From Balanoglossus misakiensis (taxonomy: Eukaryota > Animalia > Hemichordata): a stretch of 64,000 nucleotides of DNA. Positions 1 through 11,443 of this stretch are shown here, in pieces. How positions within the stretch are numbered: position 1 is the first letter of the stretch; the number at the start of each line of letters is the position of its first letter. The DNA lies in the NCBI GenBank assembly GCA_040954595.2, contig CM082582.2, positions 10,903,483 to 10,967,482 of the forward strand. The letters run 5' to 3'. The notes beneath the pieces are model-generated. The model was not told where the DNA came from. It was given only the letters and a program-made list of their open reading frames with translations, and ran no database searches. Both the position numbers and the translations under genes were made by a program.

Positions 1-1138
1 GTGTAGATTTAGATATGTTATGAAAATAAGTATTTGAGAGTTTGAAGTTTGAACACATTCAATGTAAAGGCTGTTCAGAGGCGCAACAAGTTTGATGGAT
101 AATGTGTATCTATGACTTTTTTTGAACATATGGCTTACTTTATTACTGGTGTATGTTGACGGGTTTCGAGTACATACAAGATGGCTTGGGAAGGCCATGT
201 ACCTTTACTTCAATGATAAAAATGAAACGATATGTGATTTATGTTAAAATGTATCTTTTTGAAAAGTAAATTTATCTTTAAATTGGAATAAAAGAATTAT
301 CAGACATTTTAGATGTTCGTATTGTTCTTTCACTTCGCAGCATGAGTGATTTCCACGACTGACAAATGTCTGTGTGATTGCTTTTGCACGTAAATTGCTT
401 TGAGAAATGGAAAATGATGACATCAGTAATTGTCAGAACTGAGTAACTCATAAATCTACAAACAGCTCCAAAAAGCATAGGAGACAATTGCAAGCACCGA
501 CAATTCAGTATGGGTTTGTATGTTTAAGATCCATCGAATGGTGGGGTTATTAAGGATCATTTGAACATTTACTGTGTTTGCCAGTCATCCACTTGTTTTT
601 AAGAATCCGACCTTGAACTTGGCATGGATTCTTGCATCCATAAACATGCCTTCTACAAAACGATTTGCCAGCTATTTCAAGGCCATGGAAGATTTACTGG
701 GTGTTGTTTGGAGGACATTGACATTACAGCTTGCCCTTGACCTTGGTTTGGTTTCATCCGGAAACCTTAAAGTAATATGAGAGTGTTTGTCTGTGTTTTG
801 CCATTTGCTGTTTGAACTTTTCATGAAACGTTACCAGAAGAAGAAAAAAATGTCATCTTGCAATATTTTTCCACACAAGTGACTGCATGTGATATTACAC
901 ATTGATGATGTCAAAACTGAATTCATAGTAAAGCTTGTTTGTAGGAAAACAAATTGGAGCATCAGGAATCTGCATTGTTAAAATTGTGATGTTAAAGAAT
1001 AAGGTTGAAATATTTATTTTAAACTATGTAATAATTGTGTTCGATACTCTTCCGACATCTTCAATCGCGCCCTCTGTGTTGCAGGCAGAGAATATTCAAA
1101 ACACAATCTGAATCCGAATCTTTGTTCATTCAACCAAA

Positions 1139-4100
1139 ATGGCGACTCGCAGCAAAAGGAAAGCTGGGCAAGAGGAACACGAAGATACGGAAATTAACAA
1201 CATAACGGTGAGTAATTGTGTATCCATACATGCGCTTACATCTTCTTGACCATACGTGTACCGTCACTGTGAATAAAACAGGTGATGTCACTAAATGGCG
1301 TTGAGATTTCACTTCCGGATGAGAAACACGTGTACGCGAGTTCCACTTGTACACATGGTCTGGTTTTCGGCATCTTTCACGCGTGTGATGAATATGAAGG
1401 GAAGGCCAACGTATTTTGGGGGATATTGATCTGCAATCGTGTCCATAGCAACTCGTTTTCATTAGCCGTCACACTAAATATAAGTGACAAACTGCATCAC
1501 CATCAACTTGCATGCTCGTTAAATGGCCATGGTGGCAGCAGCCATTCCAGGCCCATCTTCTTGCTCACAAACTCCCATGTTCTCCTGTTTGTACGACAGC
1601 TGGATAATTTAATGGTGAAAAATGAAGACGAAGACAGCGAGGACGATTCAGAAAGTGAGGAGAGTTACTACTCGGGTCTAGAGGAGGAGGAGGAGGAGTC
1701 AGATGATGTGACGTCAGATGATGAAGGCAGTCTTGATGAGGTATGCATAATTGAAAATCCTGATCCTAACCAACAAATCTGCCAAAAAGTAAAAGAATGG
1801 AATAATTTTCACTCCAAAAAAGTTTGTTGAATCATGTGGACTATTGAGAATTCTTTGATAAATTCATGTATACCATAATAGGTTGACGAGGATGATTCAT
1901 CAGAAAAGAGTGATGATGAGGATAGCAGTGAAGATGACGATGAAGATGGACAAGAGATTGGTATTGAGAGCAGATCAAGAGAAAGAAAAGAGACAGAAGA
2001 TGAAGCAGATAATAAAGAGAAAGAAGAGATTGATGAATATGCATATGATTCATCTGATGAAGAGGTATTTAAAAAGAGGGACGACTCTTCTGTGTTTAGT
2101 TTTTTTGTTTTTTTTTTTGTCAAAGTTTTCACTGTCTGTGTATAAGCTACAACATTTATGCATGATTTGTAAAAGAGCCAGCAAGTTGATAATTTCTTTT
2201 CTTTTCCAATAGGACATACGTAATACTGTTGGGAATGTACCAATGCAGTGGTACAATGACTATCCGCATATCGGATATGATCTGGAAGGAAAAAAGATAC
2301 TACAGCCGGCAAAGGGCGATGAACTAGATGACTTCCTTAACAAAATGGAAAATCCAGAATACTGGTGAGATGGACATTTTAAACTTTAAGATGCCAGAAA
2401 TTGAGTTATTCAAAACCCATAAATAAGTTTCACAAAAAACCCACACATTTTTCATCATCAGATATCTCATTTTCGTTTCAGGAAAACAGTGAAAGACAAA
2501 AGCACTGGTAAAAATGTTGTCCTGACGGACGAAGAAATTGACATCATCGAGCGAATAGAGAAGGGCAAATACCCAGACAAGCACTACAATCCATATGAAC
2601 CCTACGTAGATTTCTTCACAAACGAGACCATGATTCATCCAGTCACCAGGCGGCCGATGGACAAGCGAAGTTTTATTCCGTCATTAATAGAGAAGGAAAA
2701 GGTAGACAGTAGACAGTTGTATTTTTGTGAGTGAGTGAGTGTGTGTCAACTGGCAGAGTCCTTCAGCACACTATCATGCCCAAATGCAAATACTGTATTG
2801 TATCTCTCTCTCTGCATTGACAGGTGAGCAGGCTGGTGCACGCAATCCGCATGGGTTGGCTAAAACCCAGCAAGAAGGAGGAGAAACCAGAGTTTTATCT
2901 TCTCTGGGGCAGCGATGACCAGACGAGCATCAGCAAAAGGGCCAACATGCACATCCCAGCACCCAAGACAAAGCTGCCAGGGCATGAAGAGTCGTATAAT
3001 CCGCCACCAGAATATTTGCCGACAGAGGAAGAGGTGAGAGGTCATGTCAGAATGACAATCACACTGTTCATTACTATAGGCCAACTGATCCCCAGGGAGA
3101 CGTATATGCATACAGATCAACATTAGCTAGGTTTTTAGTTTCATACAAATGAGTTCTCAAAATTTGCATCTTTTACAGATGTTAGCGTGGAAAGAACAAG
3201 ATCCCGAAGACAGAAAACTGAGCGTGCTGCCAAAGAAATATGACTGTCTTCGGAGAGTGCCTGCATACTCCAATTACATCAGGGAACAGTTTGAGAGATG
3301 CCTGGATCTTTACTTGTGTCCAAGACAACGCAAAATGAGGGTGAGTGTACAATCTGAGCCTGGGAAGTAGAGGTGGATGGTTGACAAATCCAATCACTTG
3401 TCACCAGTCTGTGTCAACAGTGCATGCATGATTGATCAGTTAATATCTCGCACACATGTCTGTCTGTCCACTGAAAAAAAATGAGAACTGCTGCATGTCT
3501 CGTCTCTTTGTCTCCAGGTTCAAGTCAATCCAGACGATCTCATTCCCAAACTTCCCAAACCCATGGAGTTACAGCCATTCCCGACGACGCAGGCATTAGT
3601 TTACAAAGGACACGAGAACTTAGTGAGGACGATAAGCGTCGATCCCACAGGACAGTGGCTTGCCTCAGGTTTGTGGTCGTCAAATTATGGGATACTCTCA
3701 GTTTCCTGTCTGTAATTGATAGAGATCTCCTCCCGACATTTGAAAGGTGTGTTTCAATAGGAGGAAGACTTGAAATATGTCTGTTGGGTGGGCTGTCTTC
3801 TTGCAGTGTTGGACATTCTGCGAGGCCTAGTGTGCCAGAGTACATGAATCCAGCAATCTTGCGACTGAGATCAGCTGAGCCTCTGATGATGTGGTTCATG
3901 CTTTATCTTCTGTTGTCTCATTATTTGTCTTCCTTTCTGCTGTCACAGGTTCCGATGACAACTCTGTGAAGTTGTGGGAAGTGATATCAGGGAGGTGCCT
4001 GAAGACCATTGCCATGAGCAGCCCCGTCGAGTGTGTGGCCTGGTGTCCCAACCCGACCCTGACGCTCCTCGCCGTAGTCGTAGAGAACACAGTCCAAATC

Positions 4101-5512
4101 ATCAACACGCAACTGGGCGACAAAGTCCTGGTGGCAGCCACGGACAACGTCATCAACAACTACGAACCCCCTGAAGAGAGTAACGCCAAGAAGTTCGTTG
4201 AGTGGGAGGCGCTTGAAGGAGATCAGTTAGACGCAGGATTCAGGTTGATAGTACGACACCAGAAGGTCAGTGCTTGGATTTTTATATGGCCATAGTTATC
4301 CCCAGTTGAAGCTGCTCCCTGGACCTTCTGTGAGATTTGAGTATCACAACACGTATGGTTAGATTTCACAGGTGATAACAGTAGCTACAGTGCCATGTGC
4401 GCTATTTTTTGTTGGCTCGTCTGACGTACACTTCTCTACTCTCTTCTCCTCTGACAAATGAAGTCTGTGAAGCAAGTGTGCTGGCATGGCCGTGGTGACT
4501 ACCTGGCCACTGTTCAGCCACTAGGGGGCAGTGCTCAGGTTCTCATACACCAGCTGAGCACCAGAAGAACACAGAATCCATTCCGCAAACCCAAGGGCCT
4601 GGTGCAGTGTGTTTTGTTCCACCCGACGAGACCATTCTTCTTTGTTGCAGTAAGTCGCCACAATAGATGAATTTTAGCAGTTTTTGTTTGCTCAGATCGG
4701 GAGAGATAACCACAATGATTGAAAAGCAAAGCTATTCTGATAGACTTTCCAAAACCTAAGACCAGTGGATGACAAGACTTGGTGTGTTCATTTAAAGTAC
4801 TCCTCCCCTCAGACAGTAAATTTTGATTTTCCTGTCTAATTTCAGACTCAGAGATTTGTCAGAGTGTACAATCTTCTGAAACAGGAACTGATGAAGAAGC
4901 TGTTGACCAATGCCAAATGGGTGTCAAGTATGGCTATACATCCTGGAGGTAGGTTTCCCCCTATCTCTTTGTCTTGAAATCACACGCCTCGCAGAACATA
5001 AGCTGATAGATCTACGAATCTCGTCTCATGTTTATCTTGACGTCTCACAGGTGACAATCTGATCGTTGGTAGCTACGATGCAAGGCTGAGCTGGTTCGAC
5101 ATGGATCTGTCGACCAAACCATACCAGACTCTTCGACATCACCGGAAGGCTATCCGTCAGGTCTGCTATCACCGATGTTATCCGTTGTTTGCGTCGGCGT
5201 CGGACGACGGCACGGTCATCGTTTGCCATGGTATGGTGTACAGGTAAGTTTTCCGTGTTTTTCTCTCTCTTAAGAGCCTACAGGTAGCTAAATAGAAAGA
5301 CCAGTTGTCTTCATATTCAAATTAAATCGTCTCATTCCCAACTCTTCTCTCCCCACAGCGACCTCCTCCAGAATCCTCTGCTCGTCCCGGTGAAGATCCT
5401 CAAAGGTCACGAAGTTCGCCGTGACCTTGGCGTCCTCGACTGCCAGTTCCACCCGTCACAGCCGTGGCTATTCTCCAGTGCAGCAGACAACACCATTCGG
5501 TTGTTCACATAG
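1139..5512 (+). CDS. BOP1: Ribosome biogenesis protein BOP1/Erb1 (PeBoW complex, WD40), 13 exons
   Basis: Exons read with GT-AG sites and consistent phases: 1139-1207, 1600-1740, 1882-2064, 2213-2364, 2482-2701, 2824-3033, 3179-3340, 3518-3668, 3949-4265, 4464-4649, 4846-4948, 5051-5243, 5359-5512. Acidic N-terminus, then the BOP1NT motifs [36 protein letters not shown] and [14 protein letters not shown]40 repeats, and the C-terminus [12 protein letters not shown]...[21 protein letters not shown]. Confidence 0.96.
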
Positions 5513-6981
5513 CAGGTTTCAAGAACGCTGCTGAGACTTTTGAAAAATAAAAATGATTGATGCAAAATATGCAGTTTCGAAAAAAGGATGTTGAGAATTA
5601 GAAAAATATGCTGAAGTAATTTCCTGTGGCATATTTTGTGTCGTGCTAATCATGTATTGAAGTAAATAATAAATTTATTATTTATAGCAATGTGCTGGTT
5701 GTGACCACTTGAGGGCGCTGTAACTCCCAAACGTGATGTGATGCACTGCCCCATGTATTGCGCAAAATTTATATGCATATGCTAATGTATTTAAATAATC
5801 ATACCGTTACACCTGGTAATGGCACTACACCTGTGTTTTAGCATTTAAATTATTGAGGTCAGTCAGTGTTCCGCCGTCCCGGTGTCATCATCTCCTGTAT
5901 GCGTGTGCGCTCTTGCTTCGTGGCCGTTCTGAACATGAGGATGGAATCAGCACAGTCCGAGAAGATTTGCCGAGTGAAAGTAAGATTTGAACAATTCTTG
6001 AATACTTTTGTGCCCCTCCCCCCTCCCGAAATCACTGAGCCAAACTTCAAAGTTTATGTACAGACAGTTCCTGCGTATAGAAGCGTTCTGAAACACGAGG
6101 GAGCCTGATTTGGGTGTTACGCATAAGTGGTGAAAGTTGACTACAGAAACCAACAATAGAGATTTGTCAGTCAGAAATGGCCAATGCAAATAAAGGTGAA
6201 AGTGCAGCACAGCGCACAATGGACAGCCGTCGCTTAAAAAGTGGTCAGAGTTCAACGCAAGTCGGGGAGTAGTCACGGTGGTAGGCTGATCACAGAACTA
6301 GTGAAAGTTCACCACAAGATAATAGGGGTGATTTCCCGAGAAGTGGGCGAAGTTCAGTACTGTAAAAGAGCACCGAGCTCTCGGACGGATCTTGCGGGCA
6401 AACATTGAGTTCGAGTCACAACGGATGAATACACGCAGTCCAATTTTAAAGTCGGGCGTTTTTATTTGACATGCAAAATTTAAGTTCAAAATTTACAGTC
6501 AACGTACGCTATAGACTTTTGTTTTAAATTACATGGACAATGCCGACAGAATTTGTAAATCGTTTCGAAGAAGCTACATGTACATGTATATACGATTGGC
6601 AAACAAGGGTGTGTATAATAGAGGCATCCTCCGTGACTATATTGCCATACATGGCTAAACCAAAACTCTTGTGGAAGTCTGTTGAAAACATGAAATACAG
6701 TGAAATATGGTGAAAAGCGTGTTCGCTATATCGTACCACGTGTTAATAAAACAGACGGCTGAAACGTCCTTATGCAAAACATGTTTACGGGATCGATAGA
6801 TTCACTCTTGGAAAAAATAAACGAAAGTTACGTAAGGTCCATACTAGTCAGATAGAAGCAGGGGAGAATGAAAGCATCATTCTGTGCAATTAAATGTAGT
6901 GTTCTCGTCCACTTGCGCTGCACGACAGCCTGCAGTATCCACGGTCGTCGTTCAGGTTATGTATTAGTGGAGAAGTCCTTT

Positions 6982-7380
6982 TTACGCCTTGTTGAAGAAA
7001 CGCCTAGCGGTGACGTCTCCCTTGGTGAGAGTCATCACCATCTGTCCGTCGATGATCTGTCTGGTTACCACGGGCCCCGAAGAGTCGTCGACGGCCTTCA
7101 CCGTCAGAACGTCACTTTCCATGGAGGCGACGAACTTCGAGGTTTTCCCGTCGGGGGCACTATCCTCGTACGACTCGCCAATCTTGAAAGTCTTCTTGGT
7201 TTTCTTCAAACCAGCGTTGGTGTCTATAGTCCAGGTGCCGTCGTCGCCGTTGGTGATGTCCACGGTCGGAGACGACGACCCAGCCATCTTTCTCGCCACC
7301 ATCCCGACGCCTATGGCCTTGAGAAATTGTTCGAAATTCTCGCTGCGGTCATGCTTCCACTTGCCTATTAACTGGGTCAT
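6982..7380 (-). CDS. Fatty acid-binding protein (iLBP/FABP family), copy 1, intronless CDS, 132 aa
   Basis: Single ORF MTQLIGKWKHDRSENFEQFLKAIGVGMVARKMA...FKIGESYED...PDG...VTRQIIDGQMVMTLTKGDVTARRFFNKA*. Shows the FABP GxW-SENF signature and typical length. ATG at 7380 (the ORF track start is an upstream TTG). Confidence 0.93.
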   Translation of the reverse strand: MTQLIGKWKHDRSENFEQFLKAIGVGMVARKMAGSSSPTVDITNGDDGTWTIDTNAGLKKTKKTFKIGESYEDSAPDGKTSKFVASMESDVLTVKAVDDSSGPVVTRQIIDGQMVMTLTKGDVTARRFFNKA

Positions 7381-7726
7381 GTTCAAGTTGAGATGGGACT
7401 GAGCGTTGTGCTATAGACTGCAGTCTGAAACGAATTGTTCCCCCGACACTGAGAAAGTCGATGTGCAAAACGGAAGAATATATAACCTAATGATTAGAAT
7501 GAGATACAACTCAATCATGCAGTCTGGGAACTCCTTATATGTCCGATGTGACGTAGCAGACAGCGCAACAAATGACCAATGGGAATGTCCGACCCAAACA
7601 ACGAACATCCAATAACGATGAATGGCCATGACTAAGCAAAATAAGTTTTGAGGAGTGCTACTATAAACTACGTTAAAACTCGTGAAAAGTCAATTAATTT
7701 TGGTTGATGATGATAAAATGTTCCTT

Positions 7727-8125
7727 TTACGCCTTATTGTAGAAACGCCGGGCAGTGGCATCGCTTTTGGTTAGGGTCGTAACCAGTTGCCCGTCGACGA
7801 TCTGTCTGGTTACGACGGGTCCCGATGAATCGTCGACGGCCTTCATGGTCAGAACGTCGCCGCCGTCCAGAGTGGCGAGGAACTTCGTCTTTACCCCTTC
7901 TGGTCCGGTGTCTTCGAACGGCTCTCCGATCTTGAAGGTGTTCTTGATGGACATCGTGCCGGATTGTGTGTTCACCGTCCAGGTGGCGTCGTCGATGGTG
8001 ATCTCCACGGTGGGCGACGACGACGCAATCAGCTTCAGCGTCGCCTCCCCGACGCCCATGGCCTTGAGGAATTGCTCGAGGTTCTCGCTGCGGTCATGCT
8101 TCCATTTGCCGATCAACTTGGACAT
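7727..8125 (-). CDS. Fatty acid-binding protein, copy 2, intronless CDS, 132 aa
   Basis: Single ORF MSKLIGKWKHDRSENLEQFLKAMGVG...FKIGEPFED...VTRQIVDGQLVTTLTKSDATARRFYNKA*; paralog of copies 1 and 3. Confidence 0.93.
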   Translation of the reverse strand: MSKLIGKWKHDRSENLEQFLKAMGVGEATLKLIASSSPTVEITIDDATWTVNTQSGTMSIKNTFKIGEPFEDTGPEGVKTKFLATLDGGDVLTMKAVDDSSGPVVTRQIVDGQLVTTLTKSDATARRFYNKA

Positions 8126-9022
8126 GATGAGATTGAGCTTGCACTTTTGACTGCGACGGTCTGAATCAATCGTCGTCTTCACTGGAGACGTCTTGGTACG
8201 ATATCGTCTCTTGACAACTTGTGGTCAGTGTAGTTCTTGAGATAATCATAAAGACAAGCTTACGTCATTGATCGAGAATTCGATCGATCGCGCGTGCGTG
8301 CGTGAGAGATTCTTTGCAATGTTTGAAGAGCGAAAACTGTAATATTAGCTCAGTCGACATGAAACATGGAAATATCGTGTCAATGTATGATATATAATGA
8401 ACGATGAAGTCAAGTTTCGTAATATTTTTACAGATAACGCGTACATGTATAGTAATTTATCAATAACTAAATCATTATTTTATTGTATTTATTTTAAAGC
8501 AGAAAATGATGCATATACGTTTTCGAAATGTGTATATAGGCCTAGTTAGATTCGTATTCAAATACATGTACAATGTAGGTTTAAATCAAATTACGTAACA
8601 ATGGAGGTAGAAGACGTAACAAAATCTGTTGTTTTGACGACAATGGGCTGCAGTTCGAGCTGGTAGAAACATGCACACATTCCAGGTTACCGATCCTCCA
8701 TGATTTCTACAGGGTTGTACTATGCCAAAAATCGTTGAACAACTGGTCAAATACTCGTCGAAATTTTCGGGACTGCTAAGGTACCCAAATAGCATGATTG
8801 CGCTTCGTGTAATTATTGCAATTTCTATATCATATTACGTGTTAGACGAAGCTAAAATAATGTCATCACCACTATCAAGAATTTGTCATGTTCCAAACAT
8901 TAAATCATTCACTAGTAAAGTCTGTTCAAAAATGCAAAACCGTACTCTGTGTCCGCAGTTCTCCGTCATCAGCTTGTCTTCTAGTCAATCAGTCAGTCAG
9001 ACACACAGCGAACGTACGTTTC

Positions 9023-9424
9023 TTACGCCTTGTTGAAGAAACGCCTAGCGGTGACATCTCCCTTGGTTAGAGTCATCACCAACTGTCCGTCGATGATCTG
9101 TCTGGTTACCACGGGCCCCGACGAGTCGTCGACGGTTTCCACAGTCAGAACATCATTCTCGTAGCTGGCCACCACCTTCCTCTTTTTCCCATCAGGCCCG
9201 CCCTCTTCAAAGGGCTCGCCAAGCTTAAAAGAGCTTTTCATCGTCTTTATGCTCGTACTGGTGGTGGTAGTCCAGGTGTCGTCGTCGCCGATGGTTATTT
9301 CCACGCTCGGCGACGTGGATGCGGCGATTTTTCTCACCACGATGCCCACGCCGAGGGCACTGAGAAAATTCTCCAAGTTTTCGCTGTGGTCGTGCTTCCA
9401 TTTTCCGGCTATTGGCGGAGACAT
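9023..9424 (-). CDS. Fatty acid-binding protein, copy 3, intronless CDS, 133 aa
   Basis: Single ORF MSPPIAGKWKHDHSENLENFLSALGVG...FKLGEPFEE...PDGKKRK...VTRQIIDGQLVMTLTKGDVTARRFFNKA*. Confidence 0.93.
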   Translation of the reverse strand: MSPPIAGKWKHDHSENLENFLSALGVGIVVRKIAASTSPSVEITIGDDDTWTTTTSTSIKTMKSSFKLGEPFEEGGPDGKKRKVVASYENDVLTVETVDDSSGPVVTRQIIDGQLVMTLTKGDVTARRFFNKA

Positions 9425-11443
9425 TTTCTACGGTCGTCGGCGAGCTGAGCTGTCAGTTGCGTGTCAAAAGACTTGTCTGTAGAGGATCAATGGTCGACCT
9501 TGGAAAGCATTTGAAATATATTATGCTAAATTCTGCAATTGTCTGCATTCACAGGTCGACCATAAGACCCCCAGTCTATGCGAGTGTATGAGTTACATGA
9601 GAGAGTCTTCAGGTCACACTGTCCCCGCTCTTTCAGTAACGAATGAACACACTAGACCAATTCAATTGAAGGCATTGTGCTGCTTTTTGGGGACAGCACT
9701 TAAAAAGGTTCAGGTAGAAACCATATCGCACAGCGCCAGTGTCCCTATGAGCAGCTGCCGTGAAATGAAGATGATCGAAATGATGTCCGTGCGACCTTGG
9801 AGACTTCAATTAAAATTATGAGAAAAAAAAACATGTGATATACAAGTTCTATAAAACACACAAAAATGTGATATCTGTCAGTTTTAGAATAAAATGCAAT
9901 CCCTTCACGAAAAACGTTCCCCAACCACACAATCGTCCAATGCTATAACGCCCTCAACGGCGAAGAAAGCCAACAAATTCTTAAGCCCGTCATGTGAGGC
10001 TATGCAGATTTCTTGCTTTTATACATACAACTATATTCTGAAGGGGAAAAATGAGAATTCAAGATAATGACAAGCAAAATTTGTGTTTAACATTTTTATT
10101 TTCATCAGTGATGTTACAATTTTACACTTTTCTATGTTAAACAAATTCTAGATTATAGGGGGTTGGAACACATCTTGACATAAAATTGTTCACATGGGAT
10201 GGTTTCCTTATGATTTCACTCCACCTGAGATGTCAGAAATTGGTATATATAATACATGTACATTCCAATGTATGATCAGATATCAATTTCAGAACGTCTG
10301 TGAAACACATGATCCAGGTAGCTATATAATAGATCAGGCAAACATAGATCAACGTCTTCTTGGTTGACGTGTCCCATGATTAGGTTATGTGTGACTAAAA
10401 CAAAAGTAAAAGATGCACTAAAATGAAACATTTAAAAACTCCACTCAAACAAAATAACATGAAAGCAAATGCTTCTAGAATATTCTGATATATGTTAAAA
10501 GGACAGTTGAAGAACTGTACAAGCAAAACACTATCATGATTTTGAAAGATATTACTCAATTGACTACAGAGAAAATAACGTCTTAATTCATGCATTGTCA
10601 GTGTTGACCCGTAGAGGGCGCTATACACAATGAAATCAGTCCCCTTTTGTATCATGGCCGATGAGGTATTTTGGATTTTACAAACAAATGGACAGATTTG
10701 TATCTTTAAAACCAACTGACCACAATTTCTGATTACATTACAAGGTTTATATTATTTTACCAATCCCCTTCACTCAAGGGGCCATTGACAAAAACAAACA
10801 TTGTGATGCAATATAAACATGAAAATAATTTAAGTTACTGATGCGCAATACAATATTTTCATCCGAGTTATTTTGCTTTACAACTAAAAAATTACATCCC
10901 AGCGATAATTATTTTCTATTCTTTACAAATCAAGAAATAGTGAAAATAAAAATCTCAGTGATACACTTCATCTTTTAGGAAAAAATAAATTCTGCTGAAA
11001 ATATTGTATTGTATAAAATCACAAGTAGATCTGACCTGGTTTCACCATGTTTGCATTGTTTGTGTATTTCATAAACAACAGACATGGGTACTGTTATCCA
11101 CAAATATCGTCTTAGCGAATGACATATAAAAATCTGATGTAGTAAAGCCACAAATTACACAACAGGATTCCTCACAAAATATAAATACCTGTACTAAAAG
11201 CTAAAACATAATACATCCAGTCTGACCATCCGAAACTACAGACACTGGAGTATCTATGGCAAAACACACTACCAAAATTCCTTTCCGGTTTAATATAAAT
11301 AATATGGTTTACACACACACGCATGCACCATTCATATAAATAAAACAAGGGACGTTCCTAATACTGTTACACATTTGCTAAAAAAATACGAACCCAACTG
11401 ATGTATATATACATATATATGATGCACTGTACATTTATCAAGT

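Noticed and set aside
540-780. Exon-like, moderately GC-richer segment upstream of BOP1 (ORF 574-780)
   Set aside because: No recognisable protein; all three minus-strand frames after the candidate acceptor stop early. It may be UTR of a divergent transcript, but this is unsupported.
3669-4463. Possible intronic snoRNAs in BOP1 introns (hairpins at ~3726-3768 and ~4328-4371; ATAACA H-box-like at 4375-4380)
   Set aside because: BOP1 is a plausible snoRNA host, but I could not find a complete C/D pair or a two-hairpin H/ACA structure with an rRNA guide. A snoReport/Infernal search would be needed.
5859-6489. Short overlapping ORFs between BOP1 and FABP copy 1
   Set aside because: No domain motifs, no coherent splice structure, no terminal repeats.
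6868-8150. Long plus-strand ORFs (6868-7371, 6989-7402, 7755-8150) antisense to the FABP genes
   Set aside because: They are shadow frames produced by the GC3-rich codon usage of the FABP CDSs and show no protein-like features.
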